A stretch of 63,341 nucleotides of DNA, the filler included, from Atractiella rhizophila (lineage: Eukaryota): NCBI GenBank assembly GCA_021432655.1. It is 10 parts of 10 records of this genome, joined end to end, with 100 filler letters (N's around TTAATTAATTAA, not from the genome) between each part and the next. Parts side by side here need not be neighbours in the genome. Positions count along the whole stretch, not along the records: positions 34,053 to 40,735 come from MU272277.1; positions 40,836 to 47,508 come from MU272278.1; 8 more parts are not named here. One strand, written 5' to 3'. Below, piece by piece: positions 36,130 through 47,608 of this stretch. Under the pieces are notes generated by a model. That model was not told the DNA's origin, made no database searches, and saw only the letters and a list, made by a program, of their open reading frames with translations. The stretch's first letter is position 1; every line of letters begins with the position of its first letter. Both the position numbers and the translations under genes were made by a program.

Positions 36130-37450
36130 ACGAACGAACAAGGACTCCGAATCCTCGCTATAGATAACGGCGGCATCTCTACCCTCTCCATGCTTTACAT
36201 GCTCGAAGTCGTCATGCTCGAGGTTGGAAATCTTCTTAACGTTCCCGAAGGAGAAGAAGTCCGGCCGTGCGATGTTTTCAATCTCATCGCGGCACTTCCA
36301 CGGGGGGTGGATCGCCTTCATGCTCGCAAGGTTGGGTATGACTGTTCGACAATCCGCCAGTGCGTACGAAGAGATTGTGCAGGACCTCTTCCCCGAAGAA
36401 GCTCCTCTCGAATGAAGGCTACGTATACTCTGCAAAGACGCTTGAAGCCGTCGCCCAGGGGATCATTATGCGACAAGCTCCATCGTCTATATCGTCCTCT
36501 CAACTTCCTATGAAGGATGCGGCAATTGGGGATAGAGGTAGAACTTTTGTCATATCAAGGTACGAATCAAACGCAATTGTTTCAACAGAGATGCGCAGAC
36601 ATGACGCCAATGCAGTTCATTCTGCTGTTCGATGTACGTAACCCAGGGGCAATAGCGATTGACGAGGCAAAGCGCATATGGGGACATGGAAGCCAAGTCG
36701 CCTGTCTCGTCTCTCTGGGGTGGGGATCGCTCAGGATGTTAATTGTGATCCTACCAAACGTGAGATTGAACTCGCTGTGAAAGGAATCGTTGACGATTGT
36801 TCCCGGGCAGCGGATCAGTTGAAGATGAAATGCAAGAACAGCGTCTAGGACATCGCTACCACCGCTTTTCAGTCCACATGGTGGGGGCATCAAGTGGGAG
36901 GAGCGGGAGCGAACAAAGGACATCGCGGGTCAGACAACAGCCCGTATGGAAGTAATGGGTCACAAAGCGCGGGATGCTGCTCAATGCTTTGTGCAGGGTA
37001 TGTTCTCTTACCTCCTGTGTAAATGCCACACTGAAGTCCTTGTAGTGTGCAGTGAACGGATTGCAATTCGTCGGCGGCTACCTTTACCGCCTCCAGGCTC
37101 TTGCTTTGGCCGCAAAGGTGAGATCCACCGTGTGAGAAAAGCTATACTTGAAGGACGCCACGTTGTGATTCTGGGTGGAGCTGGAAAAGGGAATTCCACC
37201 GTTGCACTCGAAGCCGTGCACTGCGAAGAGATCAAGCAGTCATTCACAGATCTGACACACGGCACTGGAGAAGATCTCTGCTTCTGGTTTCGCTGCGACA
37301 ATTTTGAACACCTTTGCCAGGCTTTCTGACCATACGTACCACAACAACTTCACACTGACTAAGTCTGGCAAAACATCGCTAGACGTCGTGGCAGAGCAGC
37401 TGATGGTTTGCCGAAGAAGTTTAAGAAGTCACTAAAAGAAGAGACAAAAG
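36130..37450 (+). pseudogene. Patatin-like phospholipase plus P-loop (STAND/NLR-like) pseudogene
   Basis: GLRILAIDNGGI; RPCDVFNLIA then a frameshift through the GTSTGG elbow; VACLVSLGWG; CFGRKGEI...VVILGGAGKGNSTVAL (degenerate Walker A); several frameshifts. Confidence 0.8.
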
Positions 37451-38599
37451 ATGAGGAGCAACACGAAACTCCCCTAACCAATCGCTTTTCCAAATCGACG
37501 ATCCCTACACAGTACACCTTTCTTTATCTAGCTGATGTGACTGTGATGCCGTGTTTCAAACAATAGGGAATGCAGGTGTGCAGATCAGTTGTCATTGCAA
37601 TATCAGCAACGCTGAATGCGCTCAAATGCATTTAGTCCCCCATATCCTCTTGCTGCCACTCTACTCTACGCCAGTATGTTCATCTGTTTGAGTAGTCTCT
37701 TGCTAATATCTATTGAATTGCGGATAGATTATCACTACTCTCACCATCCACCACACTGTAAATCTGCTCCCCAGTCAAATTTAGTTGGTTAAGCAGTAAG
37801 TCAAAGAGTGGGGAAAGAATGGATTAGTTAGTGATAGGAGAGGAGGGAGTTCATAAATGACTAACTTCTTCGTCTACTCAAAATAGATAGCTCAGCGTCG
37901 TTTGATACCTGGAGTCCACTCGGGAACTGCAGGAAAGAATCATTTGAAATGATGAGAAAACTGCCTTCACAACAATGAGCAATGTCGAAGCCCCTACTTG
38001 AGCAAAGTCCAATTCTGCACAGGACAAAGGAGAGCACAACTGCAATTACAATGGGCCGTATGATGCTCACCATGACAAAATCAGCTGCAGGACTAACCAT
38101 CCTGTCACATAATATAAGTGAGCAAGGTAGTGAGAGGACCAACTGCTTCTGGTTTGGTTGGCAGCTTTTATGCCTTCTGACCATTTGGATTGGAGTCCCG
38201 CTTGTTTTACTCAGAAGCAAAACTTTGCCCGGTCTTTGAAGCATAATGCTGAGGTAGGATCATGATGAATCAAAGTAAGCGGATTGAACAAGAAAGGATC
38301 TGCATCAACTTTGAAGAGCGCGGATACCGTCCTCTCTGCTATTGTGATGCTGGTGTTTAGGCTTAGTGCACAGGTTTGAAAACCATCAAAACTTATGACC
38401 CTCCCGTTCCCTTCCCCTTTTGGGATGCCCTGTGGGCAAGCTAATATAACCTGCAGGAAGGGGAAGGGCATGGGAATGGTGTCGTTAAACTTGAAATCCA
38501 TGGAGAACCATGGGTTGTGCTAGCTTAGACAGGGTAACAATTGACCAATCCTTCCACTCTCAATTACGAAACTTCATCAACACATCTTTCCTTCCTCTC

Positions 38600-39700
38600 C
38601 ATCAAGAGCTAGAACTTGAAAGAATATTTGAGCTTCAATTATTTTGTTGCCTTCTGATGATGTTGAAGGAAGAGTTATGAAAGAGAACACAGTCTACCAC
38701 TGAATTGATACCAGCATTCTTGGGCTTCAAAGATCTTCTAGTTGTAAACTGATGAGTTTCATCACAAGGGAACCAGGAATACCTCTCAATCAATCGCCAA
38801 GTAGCACCAAAAAAACAATATTGTATTCCAAAGTGTCTCATTAGATCATAACAGACAGGACGGGGAGCAAAGCCATATCGTATCAGTGTGGCAGGCACAA
38901 AACATGTACAATCCATAGAATGAAAGCAGAGATACATCTACTAGCTCTCACTCACATCCCATCCCCACCTTGAGAATCGCTACACCTATGGTCCAGGACC
39001 CGGTCTGCTTCAAGGAATTCTGCCTGCACCTTATTTCCAGCATTAAGTGAAAATTGTGCACTGTATGTGGGCCTTACGCAAGCGTCAAATAACCAAGGAG
39101 CAGTTGGATGAAGTGGAGAAGCTGATTGTAGAGTTTGTCTAAGAGTTTGAACAAGAATACTATCAGTATGATTCCAGACGACTTCATTTCTGCTGAACAT
39201 CGCTCCACAAGCTGCTTCATCCATGTGACCAAACCAGACATGTAAGTCCTTTCATTTATATCACTCAATAGACCCTAGAGAGAACAATCAGCCTGCTTGG
39301 TTCTCGCATATGCCAGTCATCTAATCCTTATCAGAATCTTTCTCAGCAGACCATCCAGCAAGCTCAATGTCAAGTCATCCGACTCTAAACTCCTTCTGCC
39401 TAGAAGTCAACAGTCTCTCCCATGAGGTGCTTTGCAGCTTGGGAATCCCTTTCACTCCTTTCGTGCGTAGTTAGACTGCTTCCTGAGGATCCAATCCACC
39501 GAAAGTCATTTGAAGCATACCTTTTATGCCGGGCTCCAAATGCTCAGTGGGAAGGTAATTTTGTAAAGTGGGCTCATTTGCAGCTACCTCATGGTGAGAT
39601 AGTATAACCAAGTGGACTTTGTTCTCATGAAACCACATCAAATTCTGAGAGCGGACTACAAATATATACTAATGTAAGTAAAGCCAAAGCAATAAGGATC
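38600..39700 (+). mobile_element. Decayed CACTA/EnSpm-like transposase remnant; boundaries approximate
   Basis: EFEQEYYQYDSRRLHFC*TSLHKLLH and KWAHLQLPHGEIV* resemble conserved blocks of basidiomycete Tnp2-like proteins; many stops. Confidence 0.65.
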
Positions 39701-40099
39701 CTCAATCAATTACAAAGGACGTATGGTGACACAACACAAACACTACGATCCTTGCTCATACGAGCAATCTTTACTCAAACAAGACAAAGTGGCTTATATA
39801 ACTTTCGATAGAAATCAATCTGTCCAACCACAAGCGCAAAACCACGTAAAAATGAAACATCTAACAATTTCATATATCTTATCATTAAACAATGGAGTCA
39901 CAACAGAATAATCAAGTTCATAACAAGCGCACTGGCACAGAAACTCAAACTTCCTTCGCATAGTAGCCTTACAGATCCCATCTTCTAGTCTTTTTGGAGA
40001 TTTTGGGATGTCGATGTTACTCTAACTAATACTGTGGCCTGCCTGGAGGCTTTCCAAATTCCCACCAAAATGTGCCCAAAAGCCCCAAAACGAAGTTGA

Positions 40100-40735
40100 C
40101 AGGGTGTGAAGCCTTGCCTCTCATCCACCCTTCTCCAGTATCACAGTTTGCTCAATCAGCTGCACAAGATAATCAAGGATTTCCACCCCAATCTCTCCAA
40201 AGCATACCAAAGTGGTCTGGTTAATGTACATACAAAGCTTACCGAGTACCACTATCGTTCGGACGATTCTCCATACTACATCTATGTGGCTCATAAGTAC
40301 CTCCTCACTTCTAATTCTCATGTTTGTTTTTTGGCTCACAATTCCTATCAAATGAGACTAGTTCTGGTTCCTTGAAAAGCGCCTAATCTTCAGGACATCA
40401 GAGAAGGCTGCTATTGAGAGCACAAAAGTAATCTGATTGAATTATTCAAAATGAAGTACTTTTCAAAGTATGGTCAGCATATCCCAGTTCAGCCAGCCAA
40501 CACCTCTGTCGAGCCCAGCTCTGCTGGATCTTACCTCGATATGGGCTTCAACAATGTTGACTATAACGACAGTGATGACGACCTCGACATGGCAGAAATT
40601 GAACCTATGTGAGAAGCCAACCATTATCTGAAAAACACCCAGAACTTCCTCTCCCTGCTTCTTCCAACATCTTTCAGTGGTACAAGAATCAATTAGTCGC
40701 ATTGCCCCACCTAGTCTCATATGGCAAGGGATATC
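40100..40735 (+). mobile_element. hAT-like transposase C-terminal remnant
   Basis: KLTEYHYRSDDSPYYIYVA and IFQWYKNQLVALPHL resemble hAT KLxxYY and WWxxxxxxxPxL dimerisation-domain motifs; frameshifted. Confidence 0.6.
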
Positions 40736-40883
40736 NNNNNNNNNNNNNNNNNNNNNNNNNNNNNNNNNNNNNNNNNNNNTTAATTAATTAANNNNNNNNN
40801 NNNNNNNNNNNNNNNNNNNNNNNNNNNNNNNNNNNCGTCGCTATATCTCTCTCTCGGGTCTTTCTGATCCGTCTCAGCCATCG

Positions 40884-42020
40884 ATGACAGATGCAACACC
40901 AGATCCGATGGTGCCAGTAGACATGATGTTGACTTCTGTGCCTGAAAACGTCTGGAGAGAAATGAAGAAGCTTGAAGGGAAGATCGACAAGGACGAAAGG
41001 GACAAGAAATATGCTGTCCAAGTACGCTGTTCTCTCCCTCTTGTCTATCTTCTAGGCTTGACACATTGCACGGCGCTACAGAAATCAGTGCAGCCACCTC
41101 CCAAATACCTGCATCTCCTTGCCCCAAAAAATGCTCCCGCCAAGTCATACATGCCCGTCGCTCCTTCTGCGCCAACATCTCAGGCTCAAGCAGCCAGGCC
41201 ATCTGCCCCACCTGCCAAAAGAGCGCGAATGAATCCTCCAGTCCGAGGTCGTGTCGTGATTTCTGGTCGAGGAGGTACCTCTGGAGCCGGAGCGGGAAGA
41301 GGGGCCTCGTTGACAAGGACGGATAGCAGCTCTTTCAAAGGTGCCCAATCGCAAATTATGGCGGGAAGTCCACTCAAAGGCGCGCAACCTCAAATCGCAG
41401 TTGGAAGTTCTAATGCGTCATCGTCATCATATAGGCCGACGTACGCTGCAACCGGAAATGTGGGAGCTGGGAGAGGGAGTGTTGCGGCTACTGGGAGAGG
41501 AGGAGCCCCAACACCAGCTCGCACGGTTTCAGGAGCAGCAAGTGGAACTGGAAGGGTTCCATTCTCTTCCTCCCAGCAATATCGCACTGCACCGATCTCT
41601 ACTCCGCCGAATCCTGCCCCAGCTCAAGGGACAACGCCGGCGTCGTCGACAGCACCAAGAGCCACAGCGGCAGCACCTCCACGTCCATTCTCGGGCACCT
41701 ACTCCCAGTCTCAAACTCAAACATATAAACAGACGCCACCACTTGCAACTCAAGCTCCACAAGCCTCCTACTATTCCTCGACGAACGAAAGGAAGAGCTT
41801 CGGACAGACTGGCGGCGGTGGTCTGACATTTCGACCATTAGGATCCACTGCCCCAGGAGCGGCAAGGGGGAGAGGAGGCGGGAATGTTGGAAGAGGAAGA
41901 GGAGGTGTACCGAACTCAGCCACTGCACCACACCCTCTTCCTGGGACATCGACACAGACACCTCAAAGTGGCACGCAAGGAGAGAAGAAGGTGGAGACGA
42001 TCGTTATCGATGATGACTGA
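40884..42020 (+). CDS. Low-complexity RGG-rich protein, copy 1 (likely 3' exons of a gene whose start is in the gap)
   Basis: Long ORF containing an in-frame GTACGC...CTACAG intron; RGG/GRG repeats, PAKRAR, C-terminal VETIVIDDD. Confidence 0.7.
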   Translation: MTDATPDPMVPVDMMLTSVPENVWREMKKLEGKIDKDERDKKYAVQVRCSLPLVYLLGLTHCTALQKSVQPPPKYLHLLAPKNAPAKSYMPVAPSAPTSQAQAARPSAPPAKRARMNPPVRGRVVISGRGGTSGAGAGRGASLTRTDSSSFKGAQSQIMAGSPLKGAQPQIAVGSSNASSSSYRPTYAATGNVGAGRGSVAATGRGGAPTPARTVSGAASGTGRVPFSSSQQYRTAPISTPPNPAPAQGTTPASSTAPRATAAAPPRPFSGTYSQSQTQTYKQTPPLATQAPQASYYSSTNERKSFGQTGGGGLTFRPLGSTAPGAARGRGGGNVGRGRGGVPNSATAPHPLPGTSTQTPQSGTQGEKKVETIVIDDD

Positions 42021-42302
42021 ACTCATCTCTTATTTTCATATTCTCAACCTATTCTCATGATTGCACTTGTGCCTGTATCTTCGATCGTTGTCGTGGTTAA
42101 TACGCCGCTTCTCGGGATGAAAGCGCAAGTGCAGCGTTGTTGCACTACTGCACTCTCCCTTTCACCTCCACGCAACTGAATGTATTTGATGAAAAGCAAT
42201 GAAGACTCCTGGGCAACGATTCAACTTGTGTTTGTGCGAACGCGAAGTACGTGACGTCGCTATATCTCTCTCTCGGGTCTTTCTGATCCGTCTCAGCCAT
42301 CG

Positions 42303-43442
42303 ATGACAGATGCAACACCAGATCCGATGGTGCCAGTAGACATGATGTTAACTTCTGTGCCTGAAAACGTCTGGAGAGAAATGAAGAAGCTTGAAGGGAA
42401 AATCGACAAGGACGAAAGGGACAAGAAATATGCTGTCCAAGTACGCTGTTCTCTCCCTCTTGTCTATCTTCTAGGCTTAACACATTGCACGTTGCTACAG
42501 AAATCAGTGCAGCCACCTCCCAAATACCTGCATCTCCTTGCCCCAAAAAATGCTCCCGCCAAGTCATACATGCCCGTCGCTCCTTCTGCGCAAACATCTC
42601 AGGCTCAAGCAGCCAGGCCATCTGCCCCACCTGTCAAAAGAGCGCGAATGAATCCTCCAGGCCGAGGTCGTGTCGTGATTTCCGGTCGAGGAGGTACCTC
42701 TGGAGCCGGAGCGGGAAGAGGAGCGCCGTTGACAAGGACGGATAGCAGCTCTTTCAAAGGTACCCAATCGCAAACTATGGCGGGAAGTCCACTAAAAGGC
42801 GCACAACCTCAAATCGCAGTTGGAAGTTCTAATGCGTCATCGTCATCATATAGGCCGACGTACGCTGCAACCGGAAATGTGGGAGCTGGGAGAGGGAGTG
42901 TTGCAGCTACTGGGAGAGGAGGAGCCCCAACACCAGCACGCACGGTTTCAGGAGCAGCAAGTGGAACCGGAAGGGTTCCATTCTCTTCCTCCCAGCAATA
43001 TCGCACTGCACCTATCTCTACTCCGCCGAATCCTGCCCCAGCTCAAGCTCAAGGGACAACGCCGGCGTCGTCGACAGCACCGAGAGCGACAGCAACAGTG
43101 CCTCCACGTCCATTCTCGGGTACCTACTCCCAGTCTCACACTCAAACATATAAGCAGACGCCACCACTTGCAACTCAAGCTCCACAAGCCTCCTACTATT
43201 CCTCCACGAACGAAAGGAAGAGCTTCGGACAGACTGGCGGCGGTGGTCTTACATTTCGACCATTGGGATCCACTGCCACAGGAGCGGCAAGGGGGAGAGG
43301 AGGCGGGAATGTTGGAAGAGGAAGAGGTGTGCCGAACTCAGCCACTGCACCACACCCTCCTCCTGGGGCATCGACACAGACACCTCAAAGTGGCACGCAA
43401 GGAGAGAAGAAGGTGGAGACAATCGTTATCGATGATGACTGA
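42303..43442 (+). CDS. Low-complexity RGG-rich protein, copy 2
   Basis: Paralog or allele of 40884-42020 with frame-preserving indels. Confidence 0.65.
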   Translation: MTDATPDPMVPVDMMLTSVPENVWREMKKLEGKIDKDERDKKYAVQVRCSLPLVYLLGLTHCTLLQKSVQPPPKYLHLLAPKNAPAKSYMPVAPSAQTSQAQAARPSAPPVKRARMNPPGRGRVVISGRGGTSGAGAGRGAPLTRTDSSSFKGTQSQTMAGSPLKGAQPQIAVGSSNASSSSYRPTYAATGNVGAGRGSVAATGRGGAPTPARTVSGAASGTGRVPFSSSQQYRTAPISTPPNPAPAQAQGTTPASSTAPRATATVPPRPFSGTYSQSHTQTYKQTPPLATQAPQASYYSSTNERKSFGQTGGGGLTFRPLGSTATGAARGRGGGNVGRGRGVPNSATAPHPPPGASTQTPQSGTQGEKKVETIVIDDD

Positions 43443-44510
43443 ACTCATCTCTTATTTTCATGTTCTCAACCTATTCTCATGATTGCACTTGTGCCTGTAT
43501 CTTCCACATCGTTGTAGTGGTTCATACGCCGCTTCTCGGGATGAAAGCGCAAGTGCAGCGTTGTTGCCATTTGGTTGGAACTACTGCACTCTCTCTTTCA
43601 CCTCCACGCAACTGAATGTATTTGATGAAAAGCAATGAAGACTCCTGGGCAACGATTCAACTTGTGTTTGTGCGAACGCGAAGTACGTGGTGTCGCTTCA
43701 TGTTGGTTGACTTGTCAATAAATGGGAACTGCTCCCCAGTACAACAGCTCTCCAGCGATAAAGCTATTTTGACTTCCGACGGGGGAATCATAAAGTGTCT
43801 GGTAGAATGTATTAACGCGCAGCTGCACGAGAAGTCAAAGACGACACCCTCATTCTTGTTCGTATTCGCTCTGCAGCAGCCTCTCCAGAAGCAGCTCTGG
43901 TGAAAAGGTGCGTGTTCGTTTCTCAGGAAAAGATGATAGTGGTCGGTGAGGTTGTCAAATGACGCGTTGATCTGTGGCGGTTGTGATCCTTTTATTGAAG
44001 TGATGTTGCTGAGAAGCGTCTCGAGGGTTTTTATTCATTGCTCCTCCCTTAACCAACAATTACATCCGCTTTGACAGTAGTCAACAAATTTCCTTGCCTA
44101 TCAGAGCTCGCTCTACCCTAAGCTTTGACTTCAATTGGACTATGATGGTTTGGGACGCCTGCCTTTCAGGAAATCATCTCCTCCTGTTGCTTTGACGTGC
44201 ACAAAGCTGCCGTGTCTCAAGATAAACTACGCTGTATCGGCCGGTTCAGTAGCGAGTCTGTGCCTTGTGCTGTTGAATTGTTTGAATGGATTGCAAGGGC
44301 ACTCTTTGCCTTGAAGCCGTCTGAGCTCTAAAGCGTCTAACTTGAAGCGTTGCTTGATTTTCTTCTCAGCTCTTGTCAAACGTACTCACTGAAAGTAAAT
44401 TTCAAGGAACGAAGGAAGCAGGCTGTTGTCCCTCCGTCAAGTAGAACTCTACTCTTATTTGGTCAAGCGCTAAACAACGTTTTGAAGTGTTAGCCTGTAC
44501 CATCAGCAAT

Positions 44511-45857
44511 ATGTCGTCTCAACAAGTCAACCAAGAGGTTACGGCCACCAACGCTGGTCTCTTCTCCAACCTTCCTATGGAGATATTTGATTTCTACATC
44601 CTCGGAATTCTACCCCTCTGGGCGTTGGGGAAGCTACGAAAACTGAATAAAGGTTTTTGGAGGCAAAAGATCGATGATTATCTCGAGACAAAGTTCAAAA
44701 CGTATGTCGGCAGGTATATGGACGATGTTGAAGAGTTCAGGGAGGCAATGCGAGTGACAGGAGCCATCATTTCCGGGTTAGTTTACCTGACACACTTTCC
44801 TTCTGTGACTAATGTAAGAACATTTCAAGGTCAACGGCACTGTCCTTCATCTCAGGGGATGAATCTTGGTCCGCTGAAGACCTCGATATTTACGTGCCGG
44901 TTGGTCACGCCGATGCTCTAGTACGATATCTAGTCGACGAGGAAGGGTACCAACCTTCGAACGACTGGACACCTTACGACAACAACCCCAATAATGTCAC
45001 ATGCCCTAAGAATGTGAGCGGCATGACCAAGACGAAGGAATCAACAGGCGAGAAGATTAAAGTGGATGTTGTCGAATGCCACCATAAAGATCCGAGACAT
45101 TGCATCACTTGCTTTCATTCTACAGTCGTTGTTCGTCGTCTCCCTCAAGTCTAACTCCACTGATTCTGACGGCAGGATGCAGATGAACTACATTGCGCAC
45201 GATTACGTTCGAGTACTCTATCCCATGCTCACCTTCAAGCACAGTGGCTACGAACTGCGAGAATCTCTGCTGCATCTGCTCCGAGATCGTGAAAAGAAGT
45301 GCATGGAGAAGTACCAGGACCGTGGATATACGATTGTCTACGACAGCTGGAAGCTGGGGGATGAGGGAAAGATTGCATGCAGTCTTTCTTGCCCTTCCAT
45401 CACACGTCCATTGAAAGGAAGAATGTCGTCCTCTCTCGTTATCCATGGCGACGCAGCTTCCTTCGCTCTCCGCATTCAGCGTACTGCTATCTCGTCTCCC
45501 AGGTTACATTATGCGAGCCAGCCTGAGAACCAGCCACGCATATGGAAAGAGCCTGACTTTCAGGAGATGCTCCGAGAGGTCTTGAATCGCCGCTCTTTGG
45601 ATCACACAGACGGCAACTTGTTGTTGAATCAGCTTCTCAAAGCATGCATTCGGGAGGGGAAGGAAGCTCTAACGTACAAGATTCGGGTTCCGGGGAGCGA
45701 CGATACTTTTTGGGACGATGCTATGGCTGTTCGTTACCCCGCTTGGAAGCTGGACCTGCTAGATATCTATCATTGGACCCTGAGGACGAGATGTAGGAAT
45801 CGTAAGCACTTTCTTCTTAATCAATTCTTTCTCAAATATGGCCGCAGCGCTCTGTAG
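44511..45857 (+). CDS. F-box-like protein with a nucleotidyltransferase-like GS...DLD motif, two introns
   Basis: FSNLPMEIFDFYIL (F-box-like); spliced IISGSTALSFI...EDLDIYVP; KVDVVEC; FHSTVVMNYI; KYQDRGY. Confidence 0.7.
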
Positions 45858-46856
45858 GCGATCAGAGACCTACGGCTCTTATCCTGAGTTAGGTGTGCTC
45901 GTTCCTCTCATCCCTGAACCAAACTGAGGCGCCTTTAGGTTATGGTGCAAAGAAATTGCTCGAGGTTTGATTCTGGGAAATTCATCGATGTGCATTCCAA
46001 TTCATCGTTACAAGTAATCTCCCCAGTCGGCGGGCATTGTTTGATGATTATTAGAAATTTCGATGAAGTACCAGCTAAGAATTGGCGATGCTCAAGTTGC
46101 AACTTTGATATGCCAGAGTGCAGATTTGGTCTGCTTCCTAGTAGCAGTTATTTAACAGCGTAATAGGCGAAAACTATTTTGCTTTCGCCCTCCATTCGGC
46201 ACGCAAGTGGGTCGTTCTGAGGGGAGTCAGTCTTCTGTGTCTGTCGGTGGATTCGTTGGAGTCTTGGACTCAAGATTTCGCCACACCGTCACAGCGACAC
46301 TGTGTGGGTTGACGGGGATGTTGTCGCCATGCGTTTGTGGCAGGAGCCGATAAAAAGACTGCCATTGAGCTGGCTCGAAACGACTCGAAGCGACCCCTTC
46401 ACATCGAGAAACCTTGGTCTAACTTCTAAACATGAGGCTTATCTTTTTTGCTAGTCTCTTCGCCGCTCTGGCGATGGCAGCACCTATCAAGGAAGAGAGA
46501 ACTTGCCTTTCCATAGTGCTTTGCACGAACGGAACGGTAGAACAGGAATTCAAGTAAGCTATGCGCTTTCAGATTTTTCCGTTGCTGAGCGCTCTGTTCT
46601 AGCTGCAAATGTCCTGCGGGTTGGACGGAGATCCCTTTCGGGAAGTAGTCGAGTGTTTGGTTTGTAAGCGATCCCTCACACGGCCTTCGTTTCATTCAAG
46701 CCTACCAAGGTGCGACTGACAATCTGTCGAGGTAACAGTTTGCGGAAGTGCTGGAATACATCATTACATCGGGTATACTCCTGTAGTTACATGCAACAAC
46801 CACATATTCAATGATCGAGCCAGCTCGAGAACCCTCCTTCATAGATGCATGAAGCA

Positions 46857-47508
46857 CTATCCCTTGTTCCCCTCCCTATCGCCTTTCGGTTTCTTGAAAG
46901 CCAAAAACTGGAGCATCGTATTCTTCCTACTCTCGCTCAAGACCTTTTTGAGGCCTTCCAGGTCTTTCTGCAGTTCCGCTCCGGAGTCCTTCTGTCTCGT
47001 CTTCTTCGCGCTGATGGTAGCATAAACCTTTTGGAGCGTCTCGTCTGCCTTTGGAGTCATGAACATGGGTAGGGTTTGATGAATGAATTCGATTTCGAGA
47101 GTCGCTTGTAGCATTCCGCCCATGCCGAAAGCTTCAACTTTTGAGAAACAAGTGAGCGTGATGGTGGCCAGTTCGTATACGAGACGCTCAAGGACGCGAT
47201 TGACCAATGTGGGGGTAACACCAGAGACTTGAGCATGAATAAGGACTAAGGAAAGGAGAGAGGAGTAGATGAAAGGATGGACCTCTATTTGGCCATATTC
47301 GATCAGCCTGATTTGGTGCAATTCAGAATATGCGAAAGGCAAACCTGTCGGTTTCGGCGCGTTGAGCCAATCGATACCATCTTCCAATACACCAACGGTA
47401 ATGATCTTTTCTATTCGAGCGCGTTTACTCTCCACGTAATCGTTGAAAAGTCTATCGCTTAGCTCCTTTACGACGTTCAAGAGAATCTGTGTCAACATGT
47501 TCAGCACA
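46857..47508 (-). CDS. SEC5: Exocyst subunit Sec5 (EXOC2), C-terminal part; 5' part in gap
   Basis: DWLNAPKPT, VHPFIYSSLLSLVLIHAQVS, FGMGGMLQATLEIEFIHQTL, TMLQFLAF match the fungal Sec5 C-terminus. Confidence 0.88.
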
Positions 47509-47608
47509 NNNNNNNNNNNNNNNNNNNNNNNNNNNNNNNNNNNNNNNNNNNNTTAATTAATTAANNNNNNNNNNNNNNNNNNNNNNNNNNNNNNNNNNNN
47601 NNNNNNNN

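Larger units (their letters stand above)
40836..43689. repeat. Imperfect tandem duplication, ~1.42-kb unit (40836-42254 and 42255-43689)
   Basis: Two near-identical 378/379-aa ORFs with shared 3' flank; scattered substitutions and small indels. Confidence 0.95.
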
